Shown: piece after piece, positions 9,276 through 21,083 of the stretch
Numbering within the stretch: the stretch's first letter is position 1
Layout: every line of letters starts with the position of its first letter
Origin: Gemmatimonas sp.
Lineage (GTDB): Bacteria; Gemmatimonadota; Gemmatimonadetes; Gemmatimonadales; Gemmatimonadaceae
Direction of reading: 5' to 3'
Assembly: GCA_031414535.1 (NCBI GenBank)
Contig: JANNVQ010000038.1
Span: 51,129 to 115,128 of the forward strand
DNA: 64,000 bases
The notes under the pieces: model-generated
What the model saw: only the letters and a program-made list of their open reading frames with translations
The model's database searches: none
What the model was told of the DNA's origin: nothing
Made by a program: the position numbers and the translations under genes

Positions 9276-10493
9276 TCAAGTGACGGTCGGTCGGGAGTTT
9301 TCGAAGGCCTTCCAGGCCCCCGCCGTGAGGATGTCGTCAATCTCCTCCACCACGCGCGCCACCTCGTCGTCCGTTGAATAGAAGTGCGGAGCCACGCGGA
9401 TGCCAGCGCCGGGGCGGTAGTCAATGACGACATCGCGCTTGAGCAGGGCTTGCGCCACTTCTGCGCCATGCGGGACGTCAAAGGCCACCGTTCCACCGCG
9501 GCGAGCGGGGTCGCGGGGTGCGTGCACGCGGTAGCCGCGGGCATCGGCCATGGCCACGAGCGCGGCGGTCTGGCGCATGCTCTTTTCGCGCAGGGCGCCC
9601 ATCCCCACCTCACCTAGGATGCGCGGGCCCTCGGTGGCGGCGTAGAGCGAGGGCACCGTGGGCGTGCCGCCCAGCCAACGCCAGATGCCATCGGCCGGCT
9701 CCATCTGCTGATCAAACGCGAAGGGCCGCTTGTGAGCCTGCCAGCCGGTCAGCGCGGGCGCAAAGCGCGCGCTCGCGGATGGGCTGGCGTACACAAAGCA
9801 GCCGCCGGGCCCGCCGCAGAGCCATTTAAGCACACCACCAGCGAGGAAGTCCACGCCGCTCTTCTTCACGTCCACAGGAATCACTCCGACGGAGTGATAG
9901 GCATCGAGGGAAACCACGGCACCCTGCGTGTGCGCGTGCGCCACCAGCGCGTCGGCATCCATGATGTACGCAGACTTGAACAGCACGTGGCTGACGCAGA
10001 CAAGCGCCGTGCGCTCCGTGATGGCCGCGTGCAGCGTGGCTTGGTCAATCGTGATGCCATCGCTGCTGGGAACAACGACCACGCGCGCACCAAATTTTGG
10101 CGCGAGCTGCTCGATGGCATAGCGCACACTCGGGAAGTCGAGCTCCGTCATCACCACCGTGTCGCGATCCTTGGTGAACGGAATCGCCGAGAGGATGGTG
10201 GCCTGCGCCAGGGTCACAGTTGGCACGATGCCGACCTCGTGCGGCGCGGCACCGATAAGTGGCGCGACCATATCACCCACCGTAACGGGCATCTCCCACC
10301 AACCCTTGGCCCAAGCCCGAACGCCGTGGGTGCGCCAGGCGTCCGTGTACTCCTGCAGGCGCGCGGGAACCCCGCGAGGCATGGCGCCAAGGGAGTTTGA
10401 TACGAGATAGGTGCAGGTGTCGAGGATGGGGAACTCCTCTCGAAATCGCAGCAAAGTATCAGACACGGGGACGGATAAAGGAAGAGGACACAA
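9276..10493 (-). CDS. Kynureninase-like, class V aminotransferase-fold PLP-dependent enzyme
   Basis: 405 aa. The N-terminal FPILDTCTYLVSNSLGAMP motif and GGVLKWLCGGPGGCF (PLP-lysine region analogous to the kynureninase YKYLNxGPG) match the family. Confidence 0.65.
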   Translation of the reverse strand: MCPLPLSVPVSDTLLRFREEFPILDTCTYLVSNSLGAMPRGVPARLQEYTDAWRTHGVRAWAKGWWEMPVTVGDMVAPLIGAAPHEVGIVPTVTLAQATILSAIPFTKDRDTVVMTELDFPSVRYAIEQLAPKFGARVVVVPSSDGITIDQATLHAAITERTALVCVSHVLFKSAYIMDADALVAHAHTQGAVVSLDAYHSVGVIPVDVKKSGVDFLAGGVLKWLCGGPGGCFVYASPSASARFAPALTGWQAHKRPFAFDQQMEPADGIWRWLGGTPTVPSLYAATEGPRILGEVGMGALREKSMRQTAALVAMADARGYRVHAPRDPARRGGTVAFDVPHGAEVAQALLKRDVVIDYRPGAGIRVAPHFYSTDDEVARVVEEIDDILTAGAWKAFENSRPTVT

Positions 10494-10538
10494 CTATTAC
10501 GGTGGCGACGCTGCTGCGTTGGCGCGCTGCGAACGAGT

Positions 10539-13500
10539 TCACACGTCCTCACGGGCTGGGTCCGGCCAGCGTCGCTCGAGCCAAGTGAACAACACGGGCA
10601 GTACAAGCAGCGTCAGCAGCGTAGACGTAATGAGTCCACCAATCACCACGGTGGCTAGGGGGCGCTGCACTTCGGCGCCGGTGCCCGTGGAGAGAGCAAC
10701 CGGCAAGAATCCAATGCTAGCCACGAGGGCAGTCATGAGCACTGGCCGTAAGCGTTGGATGGATCCCTCGCGCGCGGCAACTTCTGGCTCGTATCCCTCA
10801 CGGCGGAATCGCTGCACTGTCGTGAGGAGCACAAGGCCGTTCAGCACCGCCACGCCGGAGAGCGCAATGAATCCGATGGACGCGGACACCGAGAGATGCA
10901 GCCCACGCAGCCACAGCGCGAGCACTCCACCGACGGCCGCAAAGGGAAGATTCACGAGCACGAGAGTCGCCAGCCTCCAGCTGCGTAGCGCGGCAGTAAG
11001 CAGCAACGCGATGAGTGCAATCGCGGCCGGAACCACGAAGCGAAGTCGACTCATCGCACGGCGTTGATTCTCAAACTGTCCCCCGTACTCGAGGAACACG
11101 CCTGGCGGCAGCTTGACCTCGCGCGCGATTGCTGCCTGCGCCTCTTCCACGAATCCGCCGAGGTCGCGACCCACGACGTTGGCCTGCGCAAGGACGAATC
11201 GCTGGGCCCGCTCGCGGCTGACTTGCACCGGCCCCGGTTCCTCGCGAATGCTCGCGAGTTGGCCAAGCGGTACGCGGGCGCCCGAGGGGGAGGGCACCGC
11301 GATGGAGGCAATCGCTTCGGCCGACGCGCGAAGTTCGTCTGGGTAGTACACGGCAATGTCTACCGCATAGTTGCCCTCGACAATGCTCGCCAATGGGCGC
11401 CCTCCGACAGCCGTCTCCAAGGCCTCTTGCACTTCAGCAACGGGAATCCCGTAGCGGGCCATGGCGCCGCGATCAATGTGAACATTGAGGTAGCCCTGCC
11501 CTTCCGTTGCTTCGACCAACACATTCGCTGCGCCCGGCACGCGTCGCATCACCGTTGCGACGCGCTCAGCGACTTCGAGATCCACCGTCGGATCGTCACC
11601 GAATACCTTTACCGCGAGATCTGCGCGCACACCGGAGATGAGTTCATCGAGGCGCATCGCCATCGGCTGCGTCATGCCGATAGCAATGCCAGGCACGCGG
11701 GCTGCCACGCGCGCTTCGAGTTCGGCGATGAGACTGTCCTTCGACACGCCATCGCGCCACTCGGCGCGCGGCTTCAGCATCACAAAGACGTCCGCTTGGT
11801 GCACGCCCATGGCGTCGGAACCGATCTCCGGGCGCCCAACACGGCTCACGGCGATGCTGACCTCAGGAGACTCGCGGACCGCGAGCTCGACTTCCTTCTG
11901 CATGTTCAGTGATGCCGAAAGCGCGATGGCCGGGTCACGCACCACTTCAATGAGAATCGAGCCCTCGTCGAGTTCAGGAACGAACTCCGTGCCGAGTTGC
12001 GGCACGAGTAGCATCGTCGAGGCAAAGACGGCAACTGCGGCGGCCACCGTGCGTCCGGGGCGCGGCAGCACCACCGCCAGCACGCGTCCGTAGACGCCTT
12101 CGAGCCAGGTGGCCAAGCGGCGCGCAAACGCCGACTCCGTAGCGCCACGACGAAACACCCAGGTGGCGAGCGCGGGTACTGCCACCAGCGCCAACAGCAA
12201 ACTGCCGAACAACGCCATCGCAATGGTCAGCGCCATCGGGCGGAACATCCGCGCCTCGAGTCCCTGCAAACTCAGGACCGGCAGATACACGATGAGAATG
12301 ATCAGCACGCCGAACGCAATCGGGCGCCCCACATCGTGCGCCGCCTCGAGAATACGTCGCCGTAACGATGCCGGCGTGGTGGTGGCATTGGCTTCCCCGT
12401 CCGCGTGCAGCGAGCGCACAAACTGCTCCGCCATTACCACGGCGCCGTCGACAATCATGCCGAAGTCAATGGCCCCAAGGCTCATCAAGTTGGCCGAGAG
12501 CCCCAACCATCGCATGCCGAGCAGCGCAAACAGGAGCGAGAGTGGAATCGTGATGGCGACTAACAGGGCCGCGCGCACATTACCAAGGAAAAGCAACAGC
12601 ACCGCGACGACGAGCAGCCCGCCCTCCACCAAGTTGGTACGCACGGTGCCGAGCGTGGCGTTTACGACGTCGGATTGGTCGTAGTAGCTGACCACGCGAA
12701 CGCCCGGCGGCATGGCCGAGTTGATGACGTCCAGTCGGTCGCGAAGGCGCTGCGCCACCTCACGGCTATTCTCGCCGCGCAGCATCATCACGATGCCACT
12801 GACAATCTCTCCCTCGCCATCCTTGGACACTGCCCCTTGCCGTACCTCGGCGCCAAAGCGTACCTCGGCTACGTCTCCAATCAGTACCGGAACGCCGCCA
12901 GCACTCGCGCGCACGACCGTGCGCCGCAGGTCGTCTAGCGAGGTCGCTTGGCCGAGTCCGCGCAAGATGAACTGCTCGTCGTTGTGCTCGAGATAACCGC
13001 CCGCTGCCACCGCGCTGTTGGACTCCACCGCCGTGACGATGTCGTGCAGCGTCAGCCCAAAGCTCACGAGGCGCTCGGGGTTGACCACCACCTGCGCCTG
13101 CCGCACAAGCCCGCCGAACGAATTGATTTCGGTCACGCCCGGCACGTTGCGCAGTTGGGGCCGCACGAGGCGGTCGTGCAGCGTACGCGCATCCATGAGG
13201 CTGAGGTCGGGCGCGTCGAGATAGTACATGAACATCTCGGAGCTGGCCGAGGCCAGAGGTCCGAGCTGTGCTTCGGCACTCGGCGGCAACTGATCGCGCA
13301 CAGACTGCACTCGCTCGCTAACGAGCGTGCGCATGCGCTGCAGGTCCACGCCGTCACGGAAGACGATGGTGACGGCCGAGAAGCCGTACTTACTCAGCGA
13401 CCGTACGACCTCAACGTCTGCCATACCACCCATCGCCACTTCAATGGGGAAGGTGACAAGTCGTTCCATCTCGACGGGCGAAAGTCCGGGCGCCTCGGTG

Positions 13501-13709
13501 AGCACCGAGACCTGTGCGTCGGTGAGATCTGGGAACGCGTCCATGCGCACGGTGGCGGCAGCCCATGCGCCGGCCGCCACGAGCACGGCGAGCATCGCAA
13601 CGACTGCGCCACGGTTCCACACGCCCCACGCGATTAGACGATCAATGAACGAGGGCCCGCGCGGCGGCGGGGCTTCGGCTTCCGCGGCAATGTCATCCCC
13701 GTCGCGCAT
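10539..13709 (-). CDS. czcA: CusA/CzcA family heavy-metal efflux RND transporter
   Basis: 1056 aa with a 12-TM RND architecture. N-terminal FIDRLIAWGVWNRGAVV and the motif AIDFGMIVDGAVVMAE are typical of the HME-RND family. Confidence 0.9.
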   Translation of the reverse strand: MRDGDDIAAEAEAPPPRGPSFIDRLIAWGVWNRGAVVAMLAVLVAAGAWAAATVRMDAFPDLTDAQVSVLTEAPGLSPVEMERLVTFPIEVAMGGMADVEVVRSLSKYGFSAVTIVFRDGVDLQRMRTLVSERVQSVRDQLPPSAEAQLGPLASASSEMFMYYLDAPDLSLMDARTLHDRLVRPQLRNVPGVTEINSFGGLVRQAQVVVNPERLVSFGLTLHDIVTAVESNSAVAAGGYLEHNDEQFILRGLGQATSLDDLRRTVVRASAGGVPVLIGDVAEVRFGAEVRQGAVSKDGEGEIVSGIVMMLRGENSREVAQRLRDRLDVINSAMPPGVRVVSYYDQSDVVNATLGTVRTNLVEGGLLVVAVLLLFLGNVRAALLVAITIPLSLLFALLGMRWLGLSANLMSLGAIDFGMIVDGAVVMAEQFVRSLHADGEANATTTPASLRRRILEAAHDVGRPIAFGVLIILIVYLPVLSLQGLEARMFRPMALTIAMALFGSLLLALVAVPALATWVFRRGATESAFARRLATWLEGVYGRVLAVVLPRPGRTVAAAVAVFASTMLLVPQLGTEFVPELDEGSILIEVVRDPAIALSASLNMQKEVELAVRESPEVSIAVSRVGRPEIGSDAMGVHQADVFVMLKPRAEWRDGVSKDSLIAELEARVAARVPGIAIGMTQPMAMRLDELISGVRADLAVKVFGDDPTVDLEVAERVATVMRRVPGAANVLVEATEGQGYLNVHIDRGAMARYGIPVAEVQEALETAVGGRPLASIVEGNYAVDIAVYYPDELRASAEAIASIAVPSPSGARVPLGQLASIREEPGPVQVSRERAQRFVLAQANVVGRDLGGFVEEAQAAIAREVKLPPGVFLEYGGQFENQRRAMSRLRFVVPAAIALIALLLTAALRSWRLATLVLVNLPFAAVGGVLALWLRGLHLSVSASIGFIALSGVAVLNGLVLLTTVQRFRREGYEPEVAAREGSIQRLRPVLMTALVASIGFLPVALSTGTGAEVQRPLATVVIGGLITSTLLTLLVLPVLFTWLERRWPDPAREDV

Positions 13710-14872
13710 CAGTGTGAGTCTCCCAGCGCGGCCTTGGAGAGCTCAGACTTGAGCGTAAACGCGCCGCGAATCACAACGCGCTCCCCGACGCTGAGGCCTT
13801 CGGTGACGCGTACGCGCTCGCCCACGGCACGCATGGAACCAGCCGGCGCCAAGCTTTCGATGCGTACCTCGCGGCGCTCAAACGTGTTGGAGTCCACTTG
13901 CACGAACACGACGCGAGCTTCACCGTCGGTGACGACGGCACTCGACGCGATGATGACGCCGCGATCAGCCGCGCGCGCGCCAGACACCGAGAAGCGCACA
14001 GACGCATACATGCCCGGCCGTAATGTGCGCGAAGGATTCTGCACGTGGAGCACGGCGCGCGCGGTACGCGTCACTGGGTTCAGTACGTCGTGCAGGCGCT
14101 CCACCGCGCCTGTGAACCGCAGGTTGGGATAGGCCGGCACTTCGATGGTGGCGCGCTGACCAACGCGCACCGTGGGCAGGGATGCCTCGGGCACTTCCGC
14201 GACGACGTCCAGCTCTGTGAGGTCGGCTACCGTGAAGATGGGTGCACCAACCGCTACCGCCGATCCCGCGAGTACATGTGACTCAAGAATCGTCCCGGCA
14301 ATTGGGGCGCGAATGGGCAGATGCGCGAGCGGCTCTTGGGTACGCCGCAGCGTTGCGAGGTCTTCCTCCAACGCACCCATCAACGTCAGGCGCCGTGCTG
14401 CGCCGCGAGCGAGGCGCTGGGCGCCCGTGGAATCCGGGGTTGCCGCGAGCTCTGTGGCGCGCCGTTCAGCGAGCAAGAGATCTTCCTGCGCGTTTAAGAA
14501 GTCCACGCTGAACACGCGCGCCACCACGTCATGAACGGCCACCGCATCGCCGGCGACGGCGGTGAGTCGTTCAAGCCGCCCGTCCACACGCGCCGAGATG
14601 ACTTCGACGCGGCGTGGATCGAGTTCTACCGAGCCGGGTGCCACGAGCGAGCCTTCTGCATCAACAATGCCCGCCTCGACAAGAGCAGTGCGCACGTCGG
14701 CAGCGCGTGCGGCGGCGGCGGTAAGTGTCACCCGACCGTCGCCCATCGGAAGCTCGGTGTGCTCCTCTTCGGGAACTGGAACGGACTTGCCGCAGGCGAT
14801 GGCCAGGAGGAGTACGGCGGAGCCGCGCAGTGCGGTGCGGGCACAGGAGAGCATGAGATGTCCGTGGGTCAT
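13709..14872 (-). CDS. czcB: Efflux RND periplasmic adaptor (membrane fusion protein)
   Basis: 387 aa with a lipoprotein-like N-terminus (LLLAIACGKS) and biotinyl-lipoyl/beta-barrel MFP motifs (PIRAPIAGTILE, LRPGMYASV). Start/stop overlaps join it to both neighbours. Confidence 0.85.
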   Translation of the reverse strand: MTHGHLMLSCARTALRGSAVLLLAIACGKSVPVPEEEHTELPMGDGRVTLTAAAARAADVRTALVEAGIVDAEGSLVAPGSVELDPRRVEVISARVDGRLERLTAVAGDAVAVHDVVARVFSVDFLNAQEDLLLAERRATELAATPDSTGAQRLARGAARRLTLMGALEEDLATLRRTQEPLAHLPIRAPIAGTILESHVLAGSAVAVGAPIFTVADLTELDVVAEVPEASLPTVRVGQRATIEVPAYPNLRFTGAVERLHDVLNPVTRTARAVLHVQNPSRTLRPGMYASVRFSVSGARAADRGVIIASSAVVTDGEARVVFVQVDSNTFERREVRIESLAPAGSMRAVGERVRVTEGLSVGERVVIRGAFTLKSELSKAALGDSH

Positions 14873-16197
14873 CGGTTGAGTCCGAACAGCGCCGCGCGCG
14901 CGGAGGCGGCGGCGGCAATGGCGCGGGCACGCTCAATCTCCACGCGGAGGAGCGCGCGTTCAAAGTCCAAAAGCTCGAGTAGCGAGAGTGAGCCGTTGCG
15001 GTAGTGCGTGAGCGCGGCGTCGCGCTCGCTCGCAGAGGCGGCGCCGAGGACGCCGGCGTAGAGCTGTAGCAACTCCATCGCGGAGTCATCGCGGGCTAAC
15101 GCAGACTCGAGCGCGGCAGCGGCTGAAGCGCGCGCCACGGCGGTCGCGACACCAGCCGCCGCGACGTCCGCGTCGGCCGCCGCTTGCGTCAAGGCAATTC
15201 CTCGCGCCGCCGTAAAGGGCAGCGTGGTGCTAAGACCCAAGACGATGCCGATTGACGGACCGCCATTGTCGGGACCGATTCGCTGCAGACCCGCGAGCCC
15301 GCTCCACTGCGCCCGTTGCTCGGCCACTTGCTGTGCGCGCAGGGCTACCGTGCGCTGCTCGGCGCCGCGCGCCTCACGCAGCGCGTCGCTCAAGTCGAGT
15401 AGCGAGTCGGTGGACGGCCGCGCGCCGAGGAGCGCGAGCCACGGTGTCGTGTCATCGCTCGACGCGAGATGCTGCACCAGGGCCCCGAGCGAATCGTCAG
15501 CCCCGGCGGAGCCAACGCGTAGCCTGAGCGCTGCGAGTGCCATCCGTCGTGCGCCAAGCTCCGATGCGCGTTCTGCGGCCAGCTGTAGTCGTTCAGTGCG
15601 CACGCGAAGTACGTCGAGATACCGTGCCTCGCCGTTGGCATAGCGGGCGGTCAATGAGCGCTCCGCGTCGGCGAGCCAGGCGTCACTGGCTTCTAGGCGC
15701 CGCACAATGCGCGTGGACCCCACGGACGCGGCGAGATCACTGGTCAACTGGAGCGCCAGCGCCCGCTCGAGAGCGAGAATCTCGCGGTCCAGCGCTTGGA
15801 CGTCTGCCGCGGCAAGGTCGCGTGCGGCGCGCCGGCGGACGCTCCCCACGAAGGGTCGGCTCGCGGTCAGCGTGAGATTTCCCGTCGCGATGTTGCCACC
15901 GAGTCCATCTGCGAACTCCGCGTCGAGGCCCGTCACCGGGCCGATGTCCGCAAGCCTGGCGCGAGCACGCTCCGCAGCGAGCCGCGCCCGCGCGGCGCGC
16001 AGGGTGGGATCGCTGATCTGTGCGGCGCGCAGCAACTGCGCATGCACCGCTGCGACGTCCGTGGGCGGCGCCTGCTGGGCGGACAGCGCCTGCGGCGCGA
16101 ACGTTGTACAGAGCGCAGCGAGCAGCACCGTACCTCGATGCAGTGGACCAATCATGCAGACCTCACCGAGCAGTGACTCGATTGAATAGGGACCCAA
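14869..16197 (-). CDS. czcC: TolC/CzcC-family outer membrane efflux protein
   Basis: 442 aa. Alanine/leucine-rich coiled repeats are typical of OEP proteins, and a signal peptide ends in LSAQQ. An alternative start is the internal M at 16155. Confidence 0.8.
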   Translation of the reverse strand: MGPYSIESLLGEVCMIGPLHRGTVLLAALCTTFAPQALSAQQAPPTDVAAVHAQLLRAAQISDPTLRAARARLAAERARARLADIGPVTGLDAEFADGLGGNIATGNLTLTASRPFVGSVRRRAARDLAAADVQALDREILALERALALQLTSDLAASVGSTRIVRRLEASDAWLADAERSLTARYANGEARYLDVLRVRTERLQLAAERASELGARRMALAALRLRVGSAGADDSLGALVQHLASSDDTTPWLALLGARPSTDSLLDLSDALREARGAEQRTVALRAQQVAEQRAQWSGLAGLQRIGPDNGGPSIGIVLGLSTTLPFTAARGIALTQAAADADVAAAGVATAVARASAAAALESALARDDSAMELLQLYAGVLGAASASERDAALTHYRNGSLSLLELLDFERALLRVEIERARAIAAAASARAALFGLNR

Positions 16198-16218
16198 TTC
16201 GGCCCGACAATGGCGCCG

Positions 16219-16719
16219 CTAGCGGGTCAGCGGCTCGAATACGCCAAGCTCGCGATTCTTGCGGACGTCGTTCCACGGGAAGAAGTGCCCGTTCATGGCG
16301 AGATACACGCCAGCCGGCAGCACTTGGGCGAATGAGAGGGCCGAGCCCAAATTGAACAGTCCGTCTGAGCTGCCGAAGACGTAGGGAACCATTGCGCCAG
16401 TGAGGACAATGGTCTTCTCGAGCTTCGCGTTCGCCAGCTCCCGCGCCGACTCGACCATTGTGTCCGTGCCATGCGTGATGACAATCCGGGACTCGGCGCT
16501 CGCCGCAGCCGCCGCGACGATGCGCGCGCGATCGGCGGGGGTGAGATCGAGGGAGTCCTTCAACATCAACACCTCAATTGCTAACGCGAGGTTGCAGCGC
16601 CCGCGTGCCAGCACGTCCTCCACGTGCGTCTCGCTAAAGGCGAGCGTGCCGTGGAGTTCGTCGTAGCGCTTGTCAAAGGTGCCGCCGGTGACGAGGAGGC
16701 GGAGGTTTGGACTACTCAT
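16219..16719 (-). CDS. Asparaginase N-terminal-domain-only protein
   Basis: Start taken at MSSPNLRLLVTGGTFDK (ATG 16719). The TGGT and HGTDTM motifs of the asparaginase/glutaminase N-domain are present. At about 166 aa it has no C-terminal domain. It ends 21 nt upstream of czcC. Confidence 0.65.
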   Translation of the reverse strand: MSSPNLRLLVTGGTFDKRYDELHGTLAFSETHVEDVLARGRCNLALAIEVLMLKDSLDLTPADRARIVAAAAASAESRIVITHGTDTMVESARELANAKLEKTIVLTGAMVPYVFGSSDGLFNLGSALSFAQVLPAGVYLAMNGHFFPWNDVRKNRELGVFEPLTR

Positions 16720-16805
16720 GGGAAGGATCGGAAGAGGACGCTGAAAAGATACTCTGCGGCCACCTCTATTGATGAATGTGCCAACGGGGTCCAACTTCAA
16801 CCTCC

Positions 16806-17930
16806 ATGAACGATGCCCATCGGTCCACCCTCGTGCTTCCCCCGCGGGTCTCCCTCGTCCTTGGCGGCGGCGGCCTCAAGGGTTTCGCGCACATCGGGGT
16901 GCTCAAGGCCTTTGAGGAACGCGGTATCACGCCGACCGTGGTGGCAGGCACGAGCATCGGTTCGCTCATCGCCGCCGCGTATGTGGGTGGAATGCCCATC
17001 CCGGAGATGATCACGCGCGCCAAGTCCCTCACCAAGAACGACCTGTTCAAGATCAACCACGTGGGGATGGTGACGCGGCGCATGCTTTCGCCATCGCTGT
17101 ACTTGGCGCGGCCGCTGCACAAGCTCATTGACGACATCGTGCCCAAAGGCACGTTCCGCGATCTCAAGCGCCGCTTGCTTGTGAACGTCGTGGATTTGGA
17201 GAGCGCGTCGCAGGTGCTGTTCGGCCTGCCGGGCCTCGAGGACGTCCAAGTAGCCGACGCCGTGTACGCGTCCTGCGCGCTACCCGGATTCTTCCCGCCA
17301 GCCAAGATTGCTGGACGTACCTGCGCCGACGGCGGCATCGCCGACAACGTGCCCGCGATGGCGGCCTCATACGGGATGGACGCCGTGATTGCCGTGGACG
17401 TGGGCTCAAGCAACATCGCGCGGGCCAGGCGCGTGGGCGAGAAGGGTTTCGCCGCCATCTATGTGCGCAGCGCGCAGATCATGATGAAGAGCCTGCAGTC
17501 CCAGCAATTGGCGAACTGGAGCGGGCCGCCCCTGCTACTCGTACGGCCCGCGGTGTGGCACTACAACTGGTTCAGCTTCGGTCACGTGGAGCGGATCATC
17601 CAGCTTGGCTACGAAGCCGCCGTGGATTCGCTTGACCGCGTGGGCACCTCCCTTCTGCTCGGTGGCGTCTGGCCCCGCCGGATGGTGGAGGTCCAGGTGG
17701 ACCGAGACAAGTGCACCGGCTGCACCATGTGCGCGACCATCGCCCCGAGCATGATGACCATGGGGCGGGACGGAAAAGCGTCCGTGCTCCATAGCCCAGT
17801 GGAGTGGTCCCGGGCTGATGGGGATTTCGTGCACCAATGCCCCACGGGGGCAATTGCTGTGGAGGCGGTGAGTGGGGAGGACCGGCACTACACCATGGAA
17901 ATGCCAATCCTCGAGGACGGCTCTGACTGA
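16806..17930 (+). CDS. Patatin-like phospholipase fused to a C-terminal single-cluster ferredoxin domain
   Basis: Patatin motifs are GGGGLKGFAHIG (oxyanion), GTSIGS (GxSxG nucleophile) and ADGG (catalytic Asp). The C-terminus carries CTGCTMC...CPTGAI (CxxCxxC...CP). Start taken at MNDAHRS (16806); the ATG at 16776 is also possible. Confidence 0.8.
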   Translation: MNDAHRSTLVLPPRVSLVLGGGGLKGFAHIGVLKAFEERGITPTVVAGTSIGSLIAAAYVGGMPIPEMITRAKSLTKNDLFKINHVGMVTRRMLSPSLYLARPLHKLIDDIVPKGTFRDLKRRLLVNVVDLESASQVLFGLPGLEDVQVADAVYASCALPGFFPPAKIAGRTCADGGIADNVPAMAASYGMDAVIAVDVGSSNIARARRVGEKGFAAIYVRSAQIMMKSLQSQQLANWSGPPLLLVRPAVWHYNWFSFGHVERIIQLGYEAAVDSLDRVGTSLLLGGVWPRRMVEVQVDRDKCTGCTMCATIAPSMMTMGRDGKASVLHSPVEWSRADGDFVHQCPTGAIAVEAVSGEDRHYTMEMPILEDGSD

Positions 17931-17948
17931 GGATCTGGGTGGGGACGG

Positions 17949-18012
17949 AAGACGGATGACGGAAGCTCGAACCGCGCGCGACCGCCGTTCGCGTCCGTCA
18001 TCCGTCTTTTGT
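17949..18012 (+). terminator. Rho-independent-type terminator / palindromic repeat after the patatin gene
   Basis: A 15-bp perfect stem, AAGACGGATGACGGA (17949-17963) with TCCGTCATCCGTCTT (17994-18008), is followed by a T-run. The 30-nt GC-rich loop carries its own CGAAC/GTTCG pairing. Confidence 0.6.
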
Positions 18013-18112
18013 CCTGCAATTGAGCGCTCCGAGCCTTAGATTGCACTTCAGCCTGGCGAGCGGGCGTAGCCCGCCGCCAGTGGCTCAGGCCGAACTCCCC
18101 CTAGGACTCAGC

Positions 18113-20863
<2,751 letters not shown>

Positions 20864-20865
20864 CG

Positions 20866-21080
20866 GCGAGGAGCGAACGAGAAGAGCGAAGTATTGAAGA
20901 GCGAGGTTTGAAGGCCTGAAGGCATGAAGGGGAGGAGCCGGAAACGGCTGCTCCCCTTCGTTCTTCCCCCAAGCCCACTCCTGACCATATCTTCTTCTTC
21001 GGACCTTGGTACCTTCTCCCCTCGCTCTTCGCTACTTCGCTCTTCTCTTTCGCTCTTCTCTTTCGCTCTTCGCTCCTCGC
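20866..21080. repeat. Composite low-complexity imperfect palindrome (purine-rich left arm, pyrimidine-rich right arm) with internal tandem repeats
   Basis: 20880-20906 (AGAAGAGCGAAGTATTGAAGAGCGAGG) is the reverse complement of 21020-21046 at 25 of 27 positions. 20866-20880 pairs with 21066-21080. A perfect 13-bp tandem repeat CGCTCTTCTCTTT occurs twice (21038-21063). The unit NNTGAAGG occurs three times (20907-20930). Confidence 0.7.
20929..20967 (+). terminator. Putative intrinsic terminator of acnA
   Basis: GGGGAGGAGCCG, a GAAA loop, then CGGCTGCTCCCC: a 12-bp stem with 1 mismatch and a GNRA-type tetraloop. A T-rich tract (TTCGTTCTTCC) follows. Confidence 0.6.
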
Positions 21081-21083
21081 TCT

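Noticed and set aside
21038-21063. Tandem repeats in the acnA-SARP spacer considered as a possible CRISPR or mini-array.
   Set aside because: There are only two directly abutting 13-bp copies with no spacers. There are no cas genes, and the repeat is too short for a CRISPR repeat.
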